Part shown: positions 38,101 through 46,643 of the stretch, one piece after another
Position numbering within the stretch: position 1 is the stretch's first letter
Layout: each line of letters starts with the position of its first letter
NCBI GenBank assembly: GCA_963422735.1
Contig: OY730476.1
Span: 1,632,001 to 1,696,000 of the forward strand
Length of the DNA stretch: 64,000 nt
DNA from: Candidatus Latescibacterota bacterium
GTDB taxonomy: Bacteria > Latescibacterota > UBA2968 > UBA8231
Direction: 5' to 3'
The notes under the pieces: generated by a model
What the model saw: the letters and a program-made list of their open reading frames with translations, nothing else
Database searches by the model: none
Told to the model about the DNA's origin: nothing
Translations under genes and position numbers: made by a program

Positions 38101-38712
38101 ATAGTCAACTTGGCGTTTGACCTCGGCGATGATGTCTTCAATCCGCTGTAGATCGGCTTGGGTGGCCTCTAGGCGGTTTTTCGTGGAGCGCCGCCGAACT
38201 TTGTACTTGGTGATACCGGCGGCCTCTTCGAGGATGCGGCGGCGGTTTTCGGTCTTATCGCTGATGATTTCATCGACCATGCCCTGCTCCATTACCGCAT
38301 AAGCACCTTGGCCGAGGCCAGTATCCATGAGCAGGTTGGTGATGTCCAAGAGGCGGCAGGGGATCTTGTTGAGGAGATAGTCGCTTTCGCCGGAGCGGAA
38401 GAGGCGCCGGGTCAGCACGACCTCGGCGAATTCGACGGGTAGGGCATTATCGCGGTTTTCAATCGATAGCGCGACTTCGGCCATCCCGAGGGCCTTGCGT
38501 TGGCGGGTGCCAGCAAAGATCACGTCCTCCATGCGCTGGCTGCGGAAGGTGCCGGCGCGCTGTTCGCCCAAAACCCAGCGAATGGCCTCCACTACGTTGG
38601 ACTTGCCGCAGCCGTTGGGGCCGACGATGGCCGTAATGCCCGGCTCGAAGGGAATGACGATCTTTTGGGCGAAGGACTTAAAACCGAAAATCTCGAGTTG
38701 ATTGAGGCGCAC
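35149..38712 (-). CDS. smc: Chromosome segregation protein SMC
   Basis: GFKSFA, VGPNGCGKSN, long coiled coils with hinge, LSGGE, ILDEVDAPLD, VVTH. Confidence 0.96.
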   Translation of the reverse strand: MRLNQLEIFGFKSFAQKIVIPFEPGITAIVGPNGCGKSNVVEAIRWVLGEQRAGTFRSQRMEDVIFAGTRQRKALGMAEVALSIENRDNALPVEFAEVVLTRRLFRSGESDYLLNKIPCRLLDITNLLMDTGLGQGAYAVMEQGMVDEIISDKTENRRRILEEAAGITKYKVRRRSTKNRLEATQADLQRIEDIIAEVKRQVDYLGRQVGRARRYRELKEELDQLDVRLGGQRFFALSAQISPLQDEFAALSKAAEEGYTRFTSREAELEKVRLALTEAEKAMQEAGLELNRRIEAIHEREQLFVAVRERREAAEQIRERTARERADYSSQLEAVQQQHRDNAAHRDEASAAFVQIERELQAHRQRTTQAEEEYASYQAELDQRQRGRMEHLRQGGEISRALERQQAERDALDERAVAMRGEEDTTSAERDQVLQAAAAAEAAFAETRQQLSTCQQQRTAALTARDQTEKTFRDLGEQRDAARRLAEANQARLQVLEKVRAGYEGYQSGVRTLMLDSPHAALFRGVLGDLVEVGAEHARAVEVALGESLQALIAHSDSGLLKGIAHLRARSGRVGILSLEAPPRPLGPVLDPDPMPRLRGRLLDYVRPEASIAPLIAGLLHNTFLVDDLQTALALTRRYPSAYVRCVTPDGDAVDLFGLASGGQSQFEDSGVLGRRREIRTLRSLVAHQNARCTALVPRLDALAAQLAALTQRLEGLAAESETWRAKEREQVHQHQRARADAERLAARLKQLHSESTSLAKRRQALDQSIAEQAEYLRHNEAESTRLSEESSALEKNLKKSETHRREQREALGTLQVDHARTAEIVQGLERDANRLKNIDANLNNNIERLAAEGAEAECQQAECSARSTALADELKGLHQGRETLAAEQNQRRQHWAAANTQNRELQENISHLQRQLNDQRERRTTLEVRISELQLQTQQIRTRLQEEYHCDVAAMGPLNEAIDEEATQQRIDQLRQSLHRLGSVHLGVLEEHQEQKERYDFLRQQRDDLVIAAADLQKTLGLIDRTARRMFLKSFEQIREKFKETFVHFFPGGEADLRLEENVDALEAHIDIIARPRGKRLQNIALLSGGERALTAIALLFAIYQVKPSPFCILDEVDAPLDDANINRFVRVLKEFARETQFVVVTHNKITMAEADALHGVTMPEEGVSQLVSVRVEGEELEAAAG

Positions 38713-38862
38713 GATATAGCTCCTGCCGGGCGCTGAGGAGGGGGCGCTCCGCTGGGGGAGAGGGAGAGGGGCGGCGATGCTAGGGGAGCGGAAGACGGCC
38801 TAGGGGAAAGCCATCTTTTAAGTACTCAAAAACGAGAAACGCTGTCAAGGTACGCGCCGCTA

Positions 38863-39351
38863 TTAGAAGTCCAGTGCCGAGCCATCGACCGTAGCTGGAT
38901 CGTCTTCCTTGCCCATGGCGATGATGTGCTCGGCGGCGATCTCTTGGCGGCCCGCGTACCCGGCGTCTAGTTCGTGCCAATAGGCGACTCGGGGTTCGCC
39001 GCGCTGCCAGCACAACAGCACCCAGCGACCTTGGTACGTCGTGGGGAAGTCGAGGAGGCCGCGTTCGAGGCCGCCAACCGGGAAGCGGATGCCCTCGGCG
39101 ATAATTTCCTCGGCGACGATGTGTTTGATATCGATGATTAGATCGTTGATGCGCTGGCGGTGCTGGTCGAAGGCATCGTGGTCGGGGTTGGTGCTGCCGG
39201 CGATCGCTTGGCCCCAGAGCGCGTCGAGAATTTGCAACTGTTGGTCGTGGTAGCGGACGGCTCCCTTTTTGACCTCTATGCGCTGGAGAACGTCCTCTAA
39301 CTGAGGCAGCTTGGCGTTGGCCTCTTCAATGGTAAATGCCTTGCGCGTCAT
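38863..39351 (-). CDS. DUF2203-family protein
   Basis: FTIEEANAKLP, GLLDFP, LCWQRGE, YWHELDAGYAGRQ. Confidence 0.85.
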   Translation of the reverse strand: MTRKAFTIEEANAKLPQLEDVLQRIEVKKGAVRYHDQQLQILDALWGQAIAGSTNPDHDAFDQHRQRINDLIIDIKHIVAEEIIAEGIRFPVGGLERGLLDFPTTYQGRWVLLCWQRGEPRVAYWHELDAGYAGRQEIAAEHIIAMGKEDDPATVDGSALDF

Positions 39352-39575
39352 GGGCAAAGTATAGGCATTGAGGCGCCGCGCTACAAGCCCTTGCGCTACC
39401 TTTGGCCATGCGTGATATTTAACCCTGTTTTGCGAAATAGAAGGGGTCGGCGCAGCCAGCCCCGTCTTTTTTATTTAACTGATATTACGCAGTGCTTGGT
39501 CGCGGACGCTGCGGCAAAATCACACATTTTGCGGCAAACTGCGTAACATCATTTAGTTAAGTTCAAAGTTTACCT

Positions 39576-39863
39576 ATGGCAGTTACTACAGAAGAGGTCC
39601 ACGGGGTCGCCGAGTTGGCTCGGTTGCGCTTTTCACCAGCAGAGGAGGAAAGGCTGGCCGGGGAACTCAACCACATCTTGCGGTACATGGACAAGCTCAA
39701 CGAGCTAGACACCACTGGCGTAGAGCCAACGTCCCACGTGCTGCCTCTCGCCAACGCGTTTCGCCGCGACGAGGCAACGCCCTTTCCCGCGACGGCCGAG
39801 ATCGCAGCGGTGGCTCCACAGTGCCAAGAGGATTACTTCAAGGTTCCGAGGATCATCGATTGA
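39576..39863 (+). CDS. gatC: Asp/Glu-tRNA amidotransferase subunit C
   Basis: VAELARL, LNELDTTGVEPT, YFKVPRII. Confidence 0.92.
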   Translation: MAVTTEEVHGVAELARLRFSPAEEERLAGELNHILRYMDKLNELDTTGVEPTSHVLPLANAFRRDEATPFPATAEIAAVAPQCQEDYFKVPRIID

Positions 39864-39929
39864 ATAGAGAAGCGGAGGCAGGGCACTGTCGCCGCTTCTT
39901 TGTTTGGGCAGCACGGAGGAGCGCGCAAC

Positions 39930-41717
39930 GTGGTCAGAGACTACAAAGGCCCCAAATATGTCGTCGTGACCGGCGGCGTGATAAGCGGCGTGGGCAAGGG
40001 CTTGACCACAGCTTCCATCGGCAAGATCCTGCAGCAATACGGCTACAGTACCACAGCCATCAAGATTGACCCGTATATCAACTACGACGCCGGCACCATG
40101 CGGCCCACCGAGCACGGCGAGGTGTGGGTGACGGACGACGGCGGCGAAATAGATCAGGATTTGGGCAACTACGAGCGCTTCTTGGGGTTGGATCTGCCGC
40201 GTTCCAACAACCTGACCACCGGGCAGATTTACCTCACGGTCATCGAGCGCGAGCGCCGCGGCGAGTACCTCGGAGAGACCGTGCAGCCGATCCCCCATAT
40301 TACGGATGAGATCACCCGCCGCTTGCAGGAAGCGGGCGCGGGCTACGACATCGTGTTGGTCGAGATTGGCGGCATTGTCGGCGACTACGAAAACGAGCCA
40401 TTCCTCTTCGCCGTGAAGACCTTGGAGCGCGACTTGGGCAAGGAGCACTTTGCCCACGCGCTGATCACCTATCTTCCAATACCGCCGCACGTGGGCGAGA
40501 TGAAGACCAAGCCCACGCAGCAGGCTATTCGCATGCTCAGCGAGCACGGCATTTTCCCCGACTTCATCGTCTGTCGCGCCGAGACCGCCACCGACGAGGT
40601 GCGCAAGAAAAAGATCCAAATCGGCGCCAACGTGCCCAACGACCACATCATTTCGGCCCCGGACTCGGAGACGATCTACAACATCCCGCTAGTTTTGGAA
40701 GAAGAGGGGTTCGGCGCGAAGATCCTCAGTAGGATCGGCTGCGCACCCAAGAAAACCCCGGACTGGCGGCCTTGGCGGGAATTAGTCAAGCGCAGCCGGC
40801 ATCCGAGCCGGTGCGTCCGCGTGGCCATGGTCGGCAAATACGTGGTCACGGGCGATTTTCAGCTCACGGACTCATACATCTCAGTCAACCAATCGCTGAT
40901 GCACGCCGGCGTAGCGTCGGATGCGCGGGTCGAGATCACTTGGATTGACGGCCACCAGTTCGAGCGCGGCGAAATGAAACTGGCCGCGCTCGACGCATTC
41001 GACGGCATTATCGTCCCCGGGGCCTTTGGCGCGGGAGGGGCCGAAGGCGTGATTATGGCCATTCGCTACGCCCGCGAGCACAACATCCCCTATTTGGGCC
41101 TGTGCTACGGCTTGCAACTCGCCGTAATCGAATACGCCCGCAATGTCGCCGGGATCGCCGAGGCCACCTCTGAGGAGTTCGACGCGAATTCCGAGTGGAA
41201 GATCGTCAGTGTCCAAGACACTCAGAAGAGTGCGCTAGAGCAAAGGTGCTACGGCAGCAGCATGCGATTGGGTGCGTACGCCGCGGTATTCAAAAACGAC
41301 AGCCGCGTCCTCCAGATCTACGAGGCGTCGGGCCGTCTTGACGAAGATGCCCGTCGCATCGAGCAACTGCTGGCCAATCCCGACCAAGCCTTCCGCGTTG
41401 GTTTGGTCATGCTGGAGCGCGACAAGGTCGCCCTAGAACGCCACCGCCATCGCTATGAGGTCTCGCCCCGCTTCGTCGAGCTACTCGAGGAGGAGGGGCT
41501 GGTCTTTTCGGGTTATCACCGCCGCGTTGACGGTGCCCGCTTGATGGAGTTTATCGAGTTGCCGGATCACCGCTTCTTCATCGCCACCCAAGCCCATCCC
41601 GAGTTCAAGTCGCGGATGGACAATCCCTCACCCTTGTTTGCCGGGTTTGTCGAGGCCGCGCTAGCCTACCAGCAGGAGGTTGCAAGCCATGAGGAGAGGC
41701 AGGCGGCGGCCTCCTAG
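39930..41717 (+). CDS. pyrG: CTP synthase
   Basis: TGGVISGVGKG, KIDPYIN, HGEV, DLGNYERF, KTKPTQ, GLCYG, ERHRHRYE, QAHPE; GTG start behind GGAGG. Confidence 0.95.
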   Translation: MVRDYKGPKYVVVTGGVISGVGKGLTTASIGKILQQYGYSTTAIKIDPYINYDAGTMRPTEHGEVWVTDDGGEIDQDLGNYERFLGLDLPRSNNLTTGQIYLTVIERERRGEYLGETVQPIPHITDEITRRLQEAGAGYDIVLVEIGGIVGDYENEPFLFAVKTLERDLGKEHFAHALITYLPIPPHVGEMKTKPTQQAIRMLSEHGIFPDFIVCRAETATDEVRKKKIQIGANVPNDHIISAPDSETIYNIPLVLEEEGFGAKILSRIGCAPKKTPDWRPWRELVKRSRHPSRCVRVAMVGKYVVTGDFQLTDSYISVNQSLMHAGVASDARVEITWIDGHQFERGEMKLAALDAFDGIIVPGAFGAGGAEGVIMAIRYAREHNIPYLGLCYGLQLAVIEYARNVAGIAEATSEEFDANSEWKIVSVQDTQKSALEQRCYGSSMRLGAYAAVFKNDSRVLQIYEASGRLDEDARRIEQLLANPDQAFRVGLVMLERDKVALERHRHRYEVSPRFVELLEEEGLVFSGYHRRVDGARLMEFIELPDHRFFIATQAHPEFKSRMDNPSPLFAGFVEAALAYQQEVASHEERQAAAS

Positions 41718-43551
41718 TTCAGTGGACGGTAAAATCGTCTCAGAGGGCCGCGCTTTCCGAGGGAGAGCGCGGCTTTTTCGCGTCGGTTGCTGCGGGGTCA
41801 TGCTCTGGGCCTGCGGCGCAGGAGAAGTGCCCGAAGAGCCGGTGCATATCCCCGAGGTCGATGGGGAAGCATGGGACGCGCACATTGAGATGGGACGCCC
41901 TGGTCACCGCATCCAGATCCGCGCCGCTTATTTGCGCGAATTTTCCAAGTCAGAACAGGTCGTCGCCACCGGCGGTGTAGAGGTCGCGTTCCACGGTGGC
42001 GAGGCCGCTTCGACGCTACGGGCCGAGCGCTTGGTCCTAGAGCACAAGCGGGACCGCTTTGGCTTAGCTGGCGGCGTGGTTTTGCGCGCTGGGGACAGTA
42101 TAGAGGTACAGGCCGACACCTTGCTGTGGGAAAGCGCGCACGAGCAACTGCGCATTCCGGGCACACTGCGGGTGGAGGTCAGCGAGGGACGGGAATGGGG
42201 TCGCAATCTCACGAGCAATTTAGCCGTGGATGCGTGGTCCTTAGAATCCGTCGAGGGTCTCTGGCGCGGTCGGGACGGAGCGGTCGTGAAAGTGCGCGCC
42301 CAGCGCGAGGAAAGCCGTCGCGTCGAGGGCGCGCAAGAGATCGCCTACGACAGCGTCGAGGTGCGCTACGACGGAGTGCAGTTGACCGGGCCGCGGGCCA
42401 CGTTTCTACCACAGGCGGGCCGCTTCGACATTAGCGGAGGAGTCAAAGGGGCCGACTCGCTGGCGCAATTTGTGGCCGACGTGGTCGCGGTGGATGCGGA
42501 AAAGCAGCGGCTAGTGGCTCGGGGCGCGGTTCGCTACCGAGAGAAGGAGGCCGAGCTGCGGGCCGCAGAGGTAGAAGACGACCGCAGCGCAGCGCGGTTA
42601 CAGGCCCGAGGGGAACCGGCGACTTTTGTGCAGGGCGCACGGCAGATCAAGGCGCGCCAGTTGGCGTATTCGCGCCCCGAGCGCGAACTGACGGCGCAGG
42701 GTGGGGTGGTCTTGCGAGCCGGGAATCGCGAGTTGACGGCCCAAACCCTCCGCTATAAGCGCGATGGCCAAGTCTATGCCGAGGGCGCGATTGCCTTAAA
42801 GGTACCCGAGTTGGATGGCTCGCTCGCCGGCGATTCGCTCTTTCTCGACTTGGAGCAGGAGGTCGGGTGGATGCGAGGTGCGCCCTCGCTGCGCCAGCGC
42901 GAACTCGTGCTCGCCGCCCCTGTGCTGCGCTTCGATCTCGTACGGGGCCTGTTGGCCGGGACCGGCGGTTTTGCGCTGCACACCGAAGGGCTGAAGGTTG
43001 CGGCCCAGCGCGGTGCATACGAAGCGGATTCCATGCGGGTGCTAGTGGCCGAGGGCGTGGTGTTAGAAGAGCAAGACGACGAGCGCGGCTACCGCAGCCG
43101 ACTGATGGCCGATTCCATGGTCGTCGCATTGGCGGACAGCCGAGTCGAGTGGATCGCCATACCCGGCCAGGTGAGCGGCCAAATTGAGGTAGGCGACCGC
43201 CATAGCTGGATTGAGGGCCTAGGTGGACAAGTCGTTATGGCCGACGGGGACTTGGAGCGGGTCGAAGTGAGTGCCGAAGCCGACGTGACGCACCGCCGGG
43301 CCGAGAACGAAGAGATCAATCGCTTTCGCGGACAGCAGATGACCCTGTACTTTGATGCGGCGGGATTGCGCCGTGCATTAGTCAAAGGCGCGGCCGAGTT
43401 GGTCTCGCGGATCCAAAAGGACGAAGAGGTCGCCGTCAACGAGGTCAGCGGCGAAGAGTTGGATATCCGCTTTGCCGAAGGGTCGCTGGCCGAGGTGCGG
43501 GTTGGGCCGGATATCGAAGGCCGGTACTATCCGCCCGCAGAGGAGCCGTAA
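41680..43551 (+). CDS. LptC/LptA (OstA-like) multi-domain beta-jellyroll protein; start uncertain
   Basis: Repeated A..L.Y.....A.G.V beta motifs, lipobox-like LWAC, directly upstream of lptB. Confidence 0.7.
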   Translation: MQAMRRGRRRPPSSVDGKIVSEGRAFRGRARLFRVGCCGVMLWACGAGEVPEEPVHIPEVDGEAWDAHIEMGRPGHRIQIRAAYLREFSKSEQVVATGGVEVAFHGGEAASTLRAERLVLEHKRDRFGLAGGVVLRAGDSIEVQADTLLWESAHEQLRIPGTLRVEVSEGREWGRNLTSNLAVDAWSLESVEGLWRGRDGAVVKVRAQREESRRVEGAQEIAYDSVEVRYDGVQLTGPRATFLPQAGRFDISGGVKGADSLAQFVADVVAVDAEKQRLVARGAVRYREKEAELRAAEVEDDRSAARLQARGEPATFVQGARQIKARQLAYSRPERELTAQGGVVLRAGNRELTAQTLRYKRDGQVYAEGAIALKVPELDGSLAGDSLFLDLEQEVGWMRGAPSLRQRELVLAAPVLRFDLVRGLLAGTGGFALHTEGLKVAAQRGAYEADSMRVLVAEGVVLEEQDDERGYRSRLMADSMVVALADSRVEWIAIPGQVSGQIEVGDRHSWIEGLGGQVVMADGDLERVEVSAEADVTHRRAENEEINRFRGQQMTLYFDAAGLRRALVKGAAELVSRIQKDEEVAVNEVSGEELDIRFAEGSLAEVRVGPDIEGRYYPPAEEP

Positions 43552-44283
43552 GTGGCATTGGAAATGCACGCATTGAGCAAGCGCTACGGGGGCCGGGCGG
43601 TCGTTGACGAGGTCAGTATCCGCGTCGAGCCAGGGGAGGTCGTCGGCCTGTTGGGGCCCAATGGCGCGGGCAAGACCACGACCTTTCACAGCATCGTCGG
43701 CTTTGCCGCGCCGGACGGGGGCCGCATCTTGCTCGACGGTGCGGACATCACCGGGCTACCGATGTATCGCCGCGCACAGATGGGCATTGGCTACCTGCCG
43801 CAGGAGACATCCATTTTTCGCAAGCTGAGCGTGGCCGACAACATCCGCGCGGTGCTAGAGGCGCAAGGGGTCAACAAGGCACGCATCACCGAGCGTCAAC
43901 GGCAGCTATTGACTGAGCTGGACTTGCTCGCGCGGGCCGACCAGCGCGCCGACACGCTTTCGGGCGGCGAGACGCGCCGGGTCGAGATTGCGCGGGCCTT
44001 GGCCTGCGAGCCTCACTACATGCTCCTCGACGAGCCTTTTGCCGGCATTGATCCGCGCACGGTCGAAGACATCCAGAACATCATCGCCGAGCTAAGAGGT
44101 CGGGGCTTGGGCGTACTAATTACCGATCACAACGTGCGCGAAATCTTGGAAATCGCCGAGCGTGCCTATATTCTAGTGGATGGTAAAATTTTAACCGCGG
44201 GCACGGCAGAGGAGCTAATTGCCAACGAGCAAGTGAGGCGGATATATCTCGGCGAGCGCTTTAGTTGGCAGGTCGATAGATAA
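43552..44283 (+). CDS. lptB: LPS export ABC ATPase
   Basis: GLLGPNGAGKTT, GIGYLPQE.SIFRKL, LSGGE, DEPFAGIDP, ITDHNVRE. Confidence 0.95.
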   Translation: MALEMHALSKRYGGRAVVDEVSIRVEPGEVVGLLGPNGAGKTTTFHSIVGFAAPDGGRILLDGADITGLPMYRRAQMGIGYLPQETSIFRKLSVADNIRAVLEAQGVNKARITERQRQLLTELDLLARADQRADTLSGGETRRVEIARALACEPHYMLLDEPFAGIDPRTVEDIQNIIAELRGRGLGVLITDHNVREILEIAERAYILVDGKILTAGTAEELIANEQVRRIYLGERFSWQVDR

Positions 44284-44387
44284 GACGCGCTTGCACCTTG
44301 ACTTCTCTCGCTTCACAGGCTTGTTTGTACAGCTACTGTCAGGCCGGATAATTTTTACTAAATAATTAATTTACAATAATTTATTCA

Positions 44388-45857
44388 ATGTTTCGTCCCG
44401 AGCAAAATACCAGCTTGCGCCTCCAGCAAAAGATGGCACCGCAGCTCATTCAATCGCTGCGGCTGTTGCAGATGTCCACCTTAGATCTGGCGCTGGAGAT
44501 CAAGCAGCAGCTCGAACTCAACCCCTTGCTCGAAGAGGCCTTTGAACTAGGCGAAGAAGGGGAAGAGGAGCTGCGCGATCGGGAGGAGGGGATCAAGGAA
44601 GAGGAGGAACTGCCCGAAGACATGGAGGCGGTTGATCGGGACGCGCTGTTGGGCGACCAGTTCGACGCGGGCGCGTACAATAGCGAGCGCACGGAATACG
44701 ATTCCAATTGGGAGACTGATCGCGAGCCACAGGAAAACCGCATCACCGCCATGCCGCCCCTCTTAGAGCACCTGTACCATCAGCTAGGCGAGATTGGCGA
44801 TTTGGGACCGGAAGAGCGAGCCATCGCCGAGTACATCATCGGCAATATCGACGAGCGTGGTTACGTCGGCTGCCCGCTCGCCGAGATTGCCGACGATCTA
44901 GCGGTCGAAGTCTTAGCCGTGGAAAAGGTGTTGCGCGTCATTCAGGCCTTTGACCCGCCTGGGGTCGGCGCACGCGATCTGCGCGAGTGCCTGATGATCC
45001 AGTTGAGTCAGCGCGACGATCCACTCAGCAAGCTGGCCTTGCAGGTGGTGCGCGATCACATGGAGTATCTGACGCGGCGGCGTCTGCGGCACATCACCTG
45101 CGCCTTAGACATCTCCAGCGAGAAGCTCAAAGAGATTCTGCAGGTTATCGAGCGATTACAGCTGCATCCGAGCCTGTCGGCGAGCAGCGATTACAACAAG
45201 CTCTTGACCCTCGATACCGAGGTCGCATACATCACGCCGGATTTGGTCGTCGAAAAGATTGGCGAGGAGTGGGCCGCGTCGCTGGCCGACGGATCCATGC
45301 CGTCCTTAAAGATCAATTCTGAGTACCAGCAGCTTCTTAGCAACGCCCATGGCAACAGCGAGGATGCTATCAAGGACTACGTATCCAAGAATCTCAACGA
45401 CGCCCGCTGGCTCATCAATGCCATCCACCAGCGCCGCACGACCATGCTCAAGGTGGCCAATTACCTGTTGCAGGCGCAGTTGCCCTTTTTCGAGGAGGGG
45501 CCGGCGCGGCTGCGGCCCATGGTCTTGCAGGACGTGGCCGACGCGGTGGGAATGCACATATCGACGATTAGCCGCGTCAGCAACGGCAAGTACATACAGA
45601 CGCCGCACGGGGTCTTTGAGCTGAAGTACTTCTTCGACAACAAGCTCAGTACGGACAAGGGCGAAGAAGTGTCCGTGCGCTCGGTAAAAGAGAAAATTTC
45701 GCAGCTCGTCGCCGACGAGGACAAGAGCCGGCCGCTTTCGGACCAACAGATTGTCGAGGAACTGAACAAGGACGGCTTAAAAATTGCGCGGCGTACGGTG
45801 GCCAAATATCGCTATCAGCTAAAAATTCCTGCACAGCGCTATCGCAAGGGGCTATGA
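44388..45857 (+). CDS. rpoN: RNA polymerase sigma54 factor
   Basis: PQLIQSLRLLQ, NPLLE, PPGVGARDL.ECL, HISTISR, RpoN box ARRTVAKYR. Confidence 0.97.
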   Translation: MFRPEQNTSLRLQQKMAPQLIQSLRLLQMSTLDLALEIKQQLELNPLLEEAFELGEEGEEELRDREEGIKEEEELPEDMEAVDRDALLGDQFDAGAYNSERTEYDSNWETDREPQENRITAMPPLLEHLYHQLGEIGDLGPEERAIAEYIIGNIDERGYVGCPLAEIADDLAVEVLAVEKVLRVIQAFDPPGVGARDLRECLMIQLSQRDDPLSKLALQVVRDHMEYLTRRRLRHITCALDISSEKLKEILQVIERLQLHPSLSASSDYNKLLTLDTEVAYITPDLVVEKIGEEWAASLADGSMPSLKINSEYQQLLSNAHGNSEDAIKDYVSKNLNDARWLINAIHQRRTTMLKVANYLLQAQLPFFEEGPARLRPMVLQDVADAVGMHISTISRVSNGKYIQTPHGVFELKYFFDNKLSTDKGEEVSVRSVKEKISQLVADEDKSRPLSDQQIVEELNKDGLKIARRTVAKYRYQLKIPAQRYRKGL

Positions 45858-45889
45858 GGCGCCCCCTTCCTTCCGCATAATCGACAGTG

Positions 45890-46321
45890 CTACTCTGGCG
45901 ACTTCCATCGAATATACCATCCATCTTCGTCGCGATGGACGCACTCGGGCCGGTCGCCTTTCTGGATGAATTTATTGTATAAATTGGAAATATCCATCTT
46001 CTTCCTTTTTCTCCCTTCCTCCCACAATGCGCCTTCCGACAATGCGTCAAGGATGGACGACCGCAAACTGTCGTCTATCCCCCACAGCGCATCCATCACT
46101 CGGTCATATTGGGCTACATAAGGTCTTGAATCTGGGCAGCCCATGCTGTCGGCTGTTTCTTGTTGGGTTTTCCCACCTCGGAGTCCCAGTTTATGGAACA
46201 GGGCGATGCGCTGGCTTATAGTTATGTGCTTCTGCTTTTTAAAAATGTTGGCGATTGCGGATCTGGGCAGTTCAATGCTCTCATTCTTGTCGAGGGCACT
46301 CAATAGGTCGCTTAGATACAT
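45890..46321 (-). CDS. Hypothetical low-GC protein, possible HTH
   Basis: GGAGG RBS before ATG; KTQQETADSMG resembles an HTH first helix; AT-richer than flanks. Confidence 0.55.
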   Translation of the reverse strand: MYLSDLLSALDKNESIELPRSAIANIFKKQKHITISQRIALFHKLGLRGGKTQQETADSMGCPDSRPYVAQYDRVMDALWGIDDSLRSSILDALSEGALWEEGRKRKKMDISNLYNKFIQKGDRPECVHRDEDGWYIRWKSPE

Positions 46322-46348
46322 TGGGAACCTCCGTGTTGAGAAGCGTCA

Positions 46349-46570
46349 TTAGAAGTGTGCAATTAACGACCTAAGCGCTTTGTTCACAGATTCGGAATCG
46401 GGAAAATGTTGTCTTACATCTGGGTCGAGCATAACGGAACCCTCTTCGAGTGCAAAGTAGTGAACTTAGGTTGAGCCATCTCGTTTTTCTACTTTTGCTA
46501 AATGTCTCTGACGATACGCTTTATAGTGCTTCCCACGCACACTAGCAGAAAAATCGTACTCTGCCCTCAT
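46349..46570 (-). pseudogene. BrnA-like antitoxin with in-frame stop
   Basis: Not in ORF track. MRAEYDFSASVRGKHYKAYRQRHLAKVEKRDGST*VHYFALEEGSVMLDPDVRQHFPDSESVNKALRSLIAHF; TAA at 46466-46468. Confidence 0.75.
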
Positions 46571-46643
46571 TTCGTCCATTCCTTATCTCGTATCTGTCTT
46601 CAGTGAACGCGGTACCGACGAGAACTGTGGGGATGGCCGCGAC

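Noticed and set aside
39705-40646. Long antisense or alternate-frame ORFs (also 17244-18110, 51643-52596, 59545-60450, 16361-17218)
   Set aside because: Shadow ORFs of well-supported genes in GC-rich DNA, with no recognisable motifs
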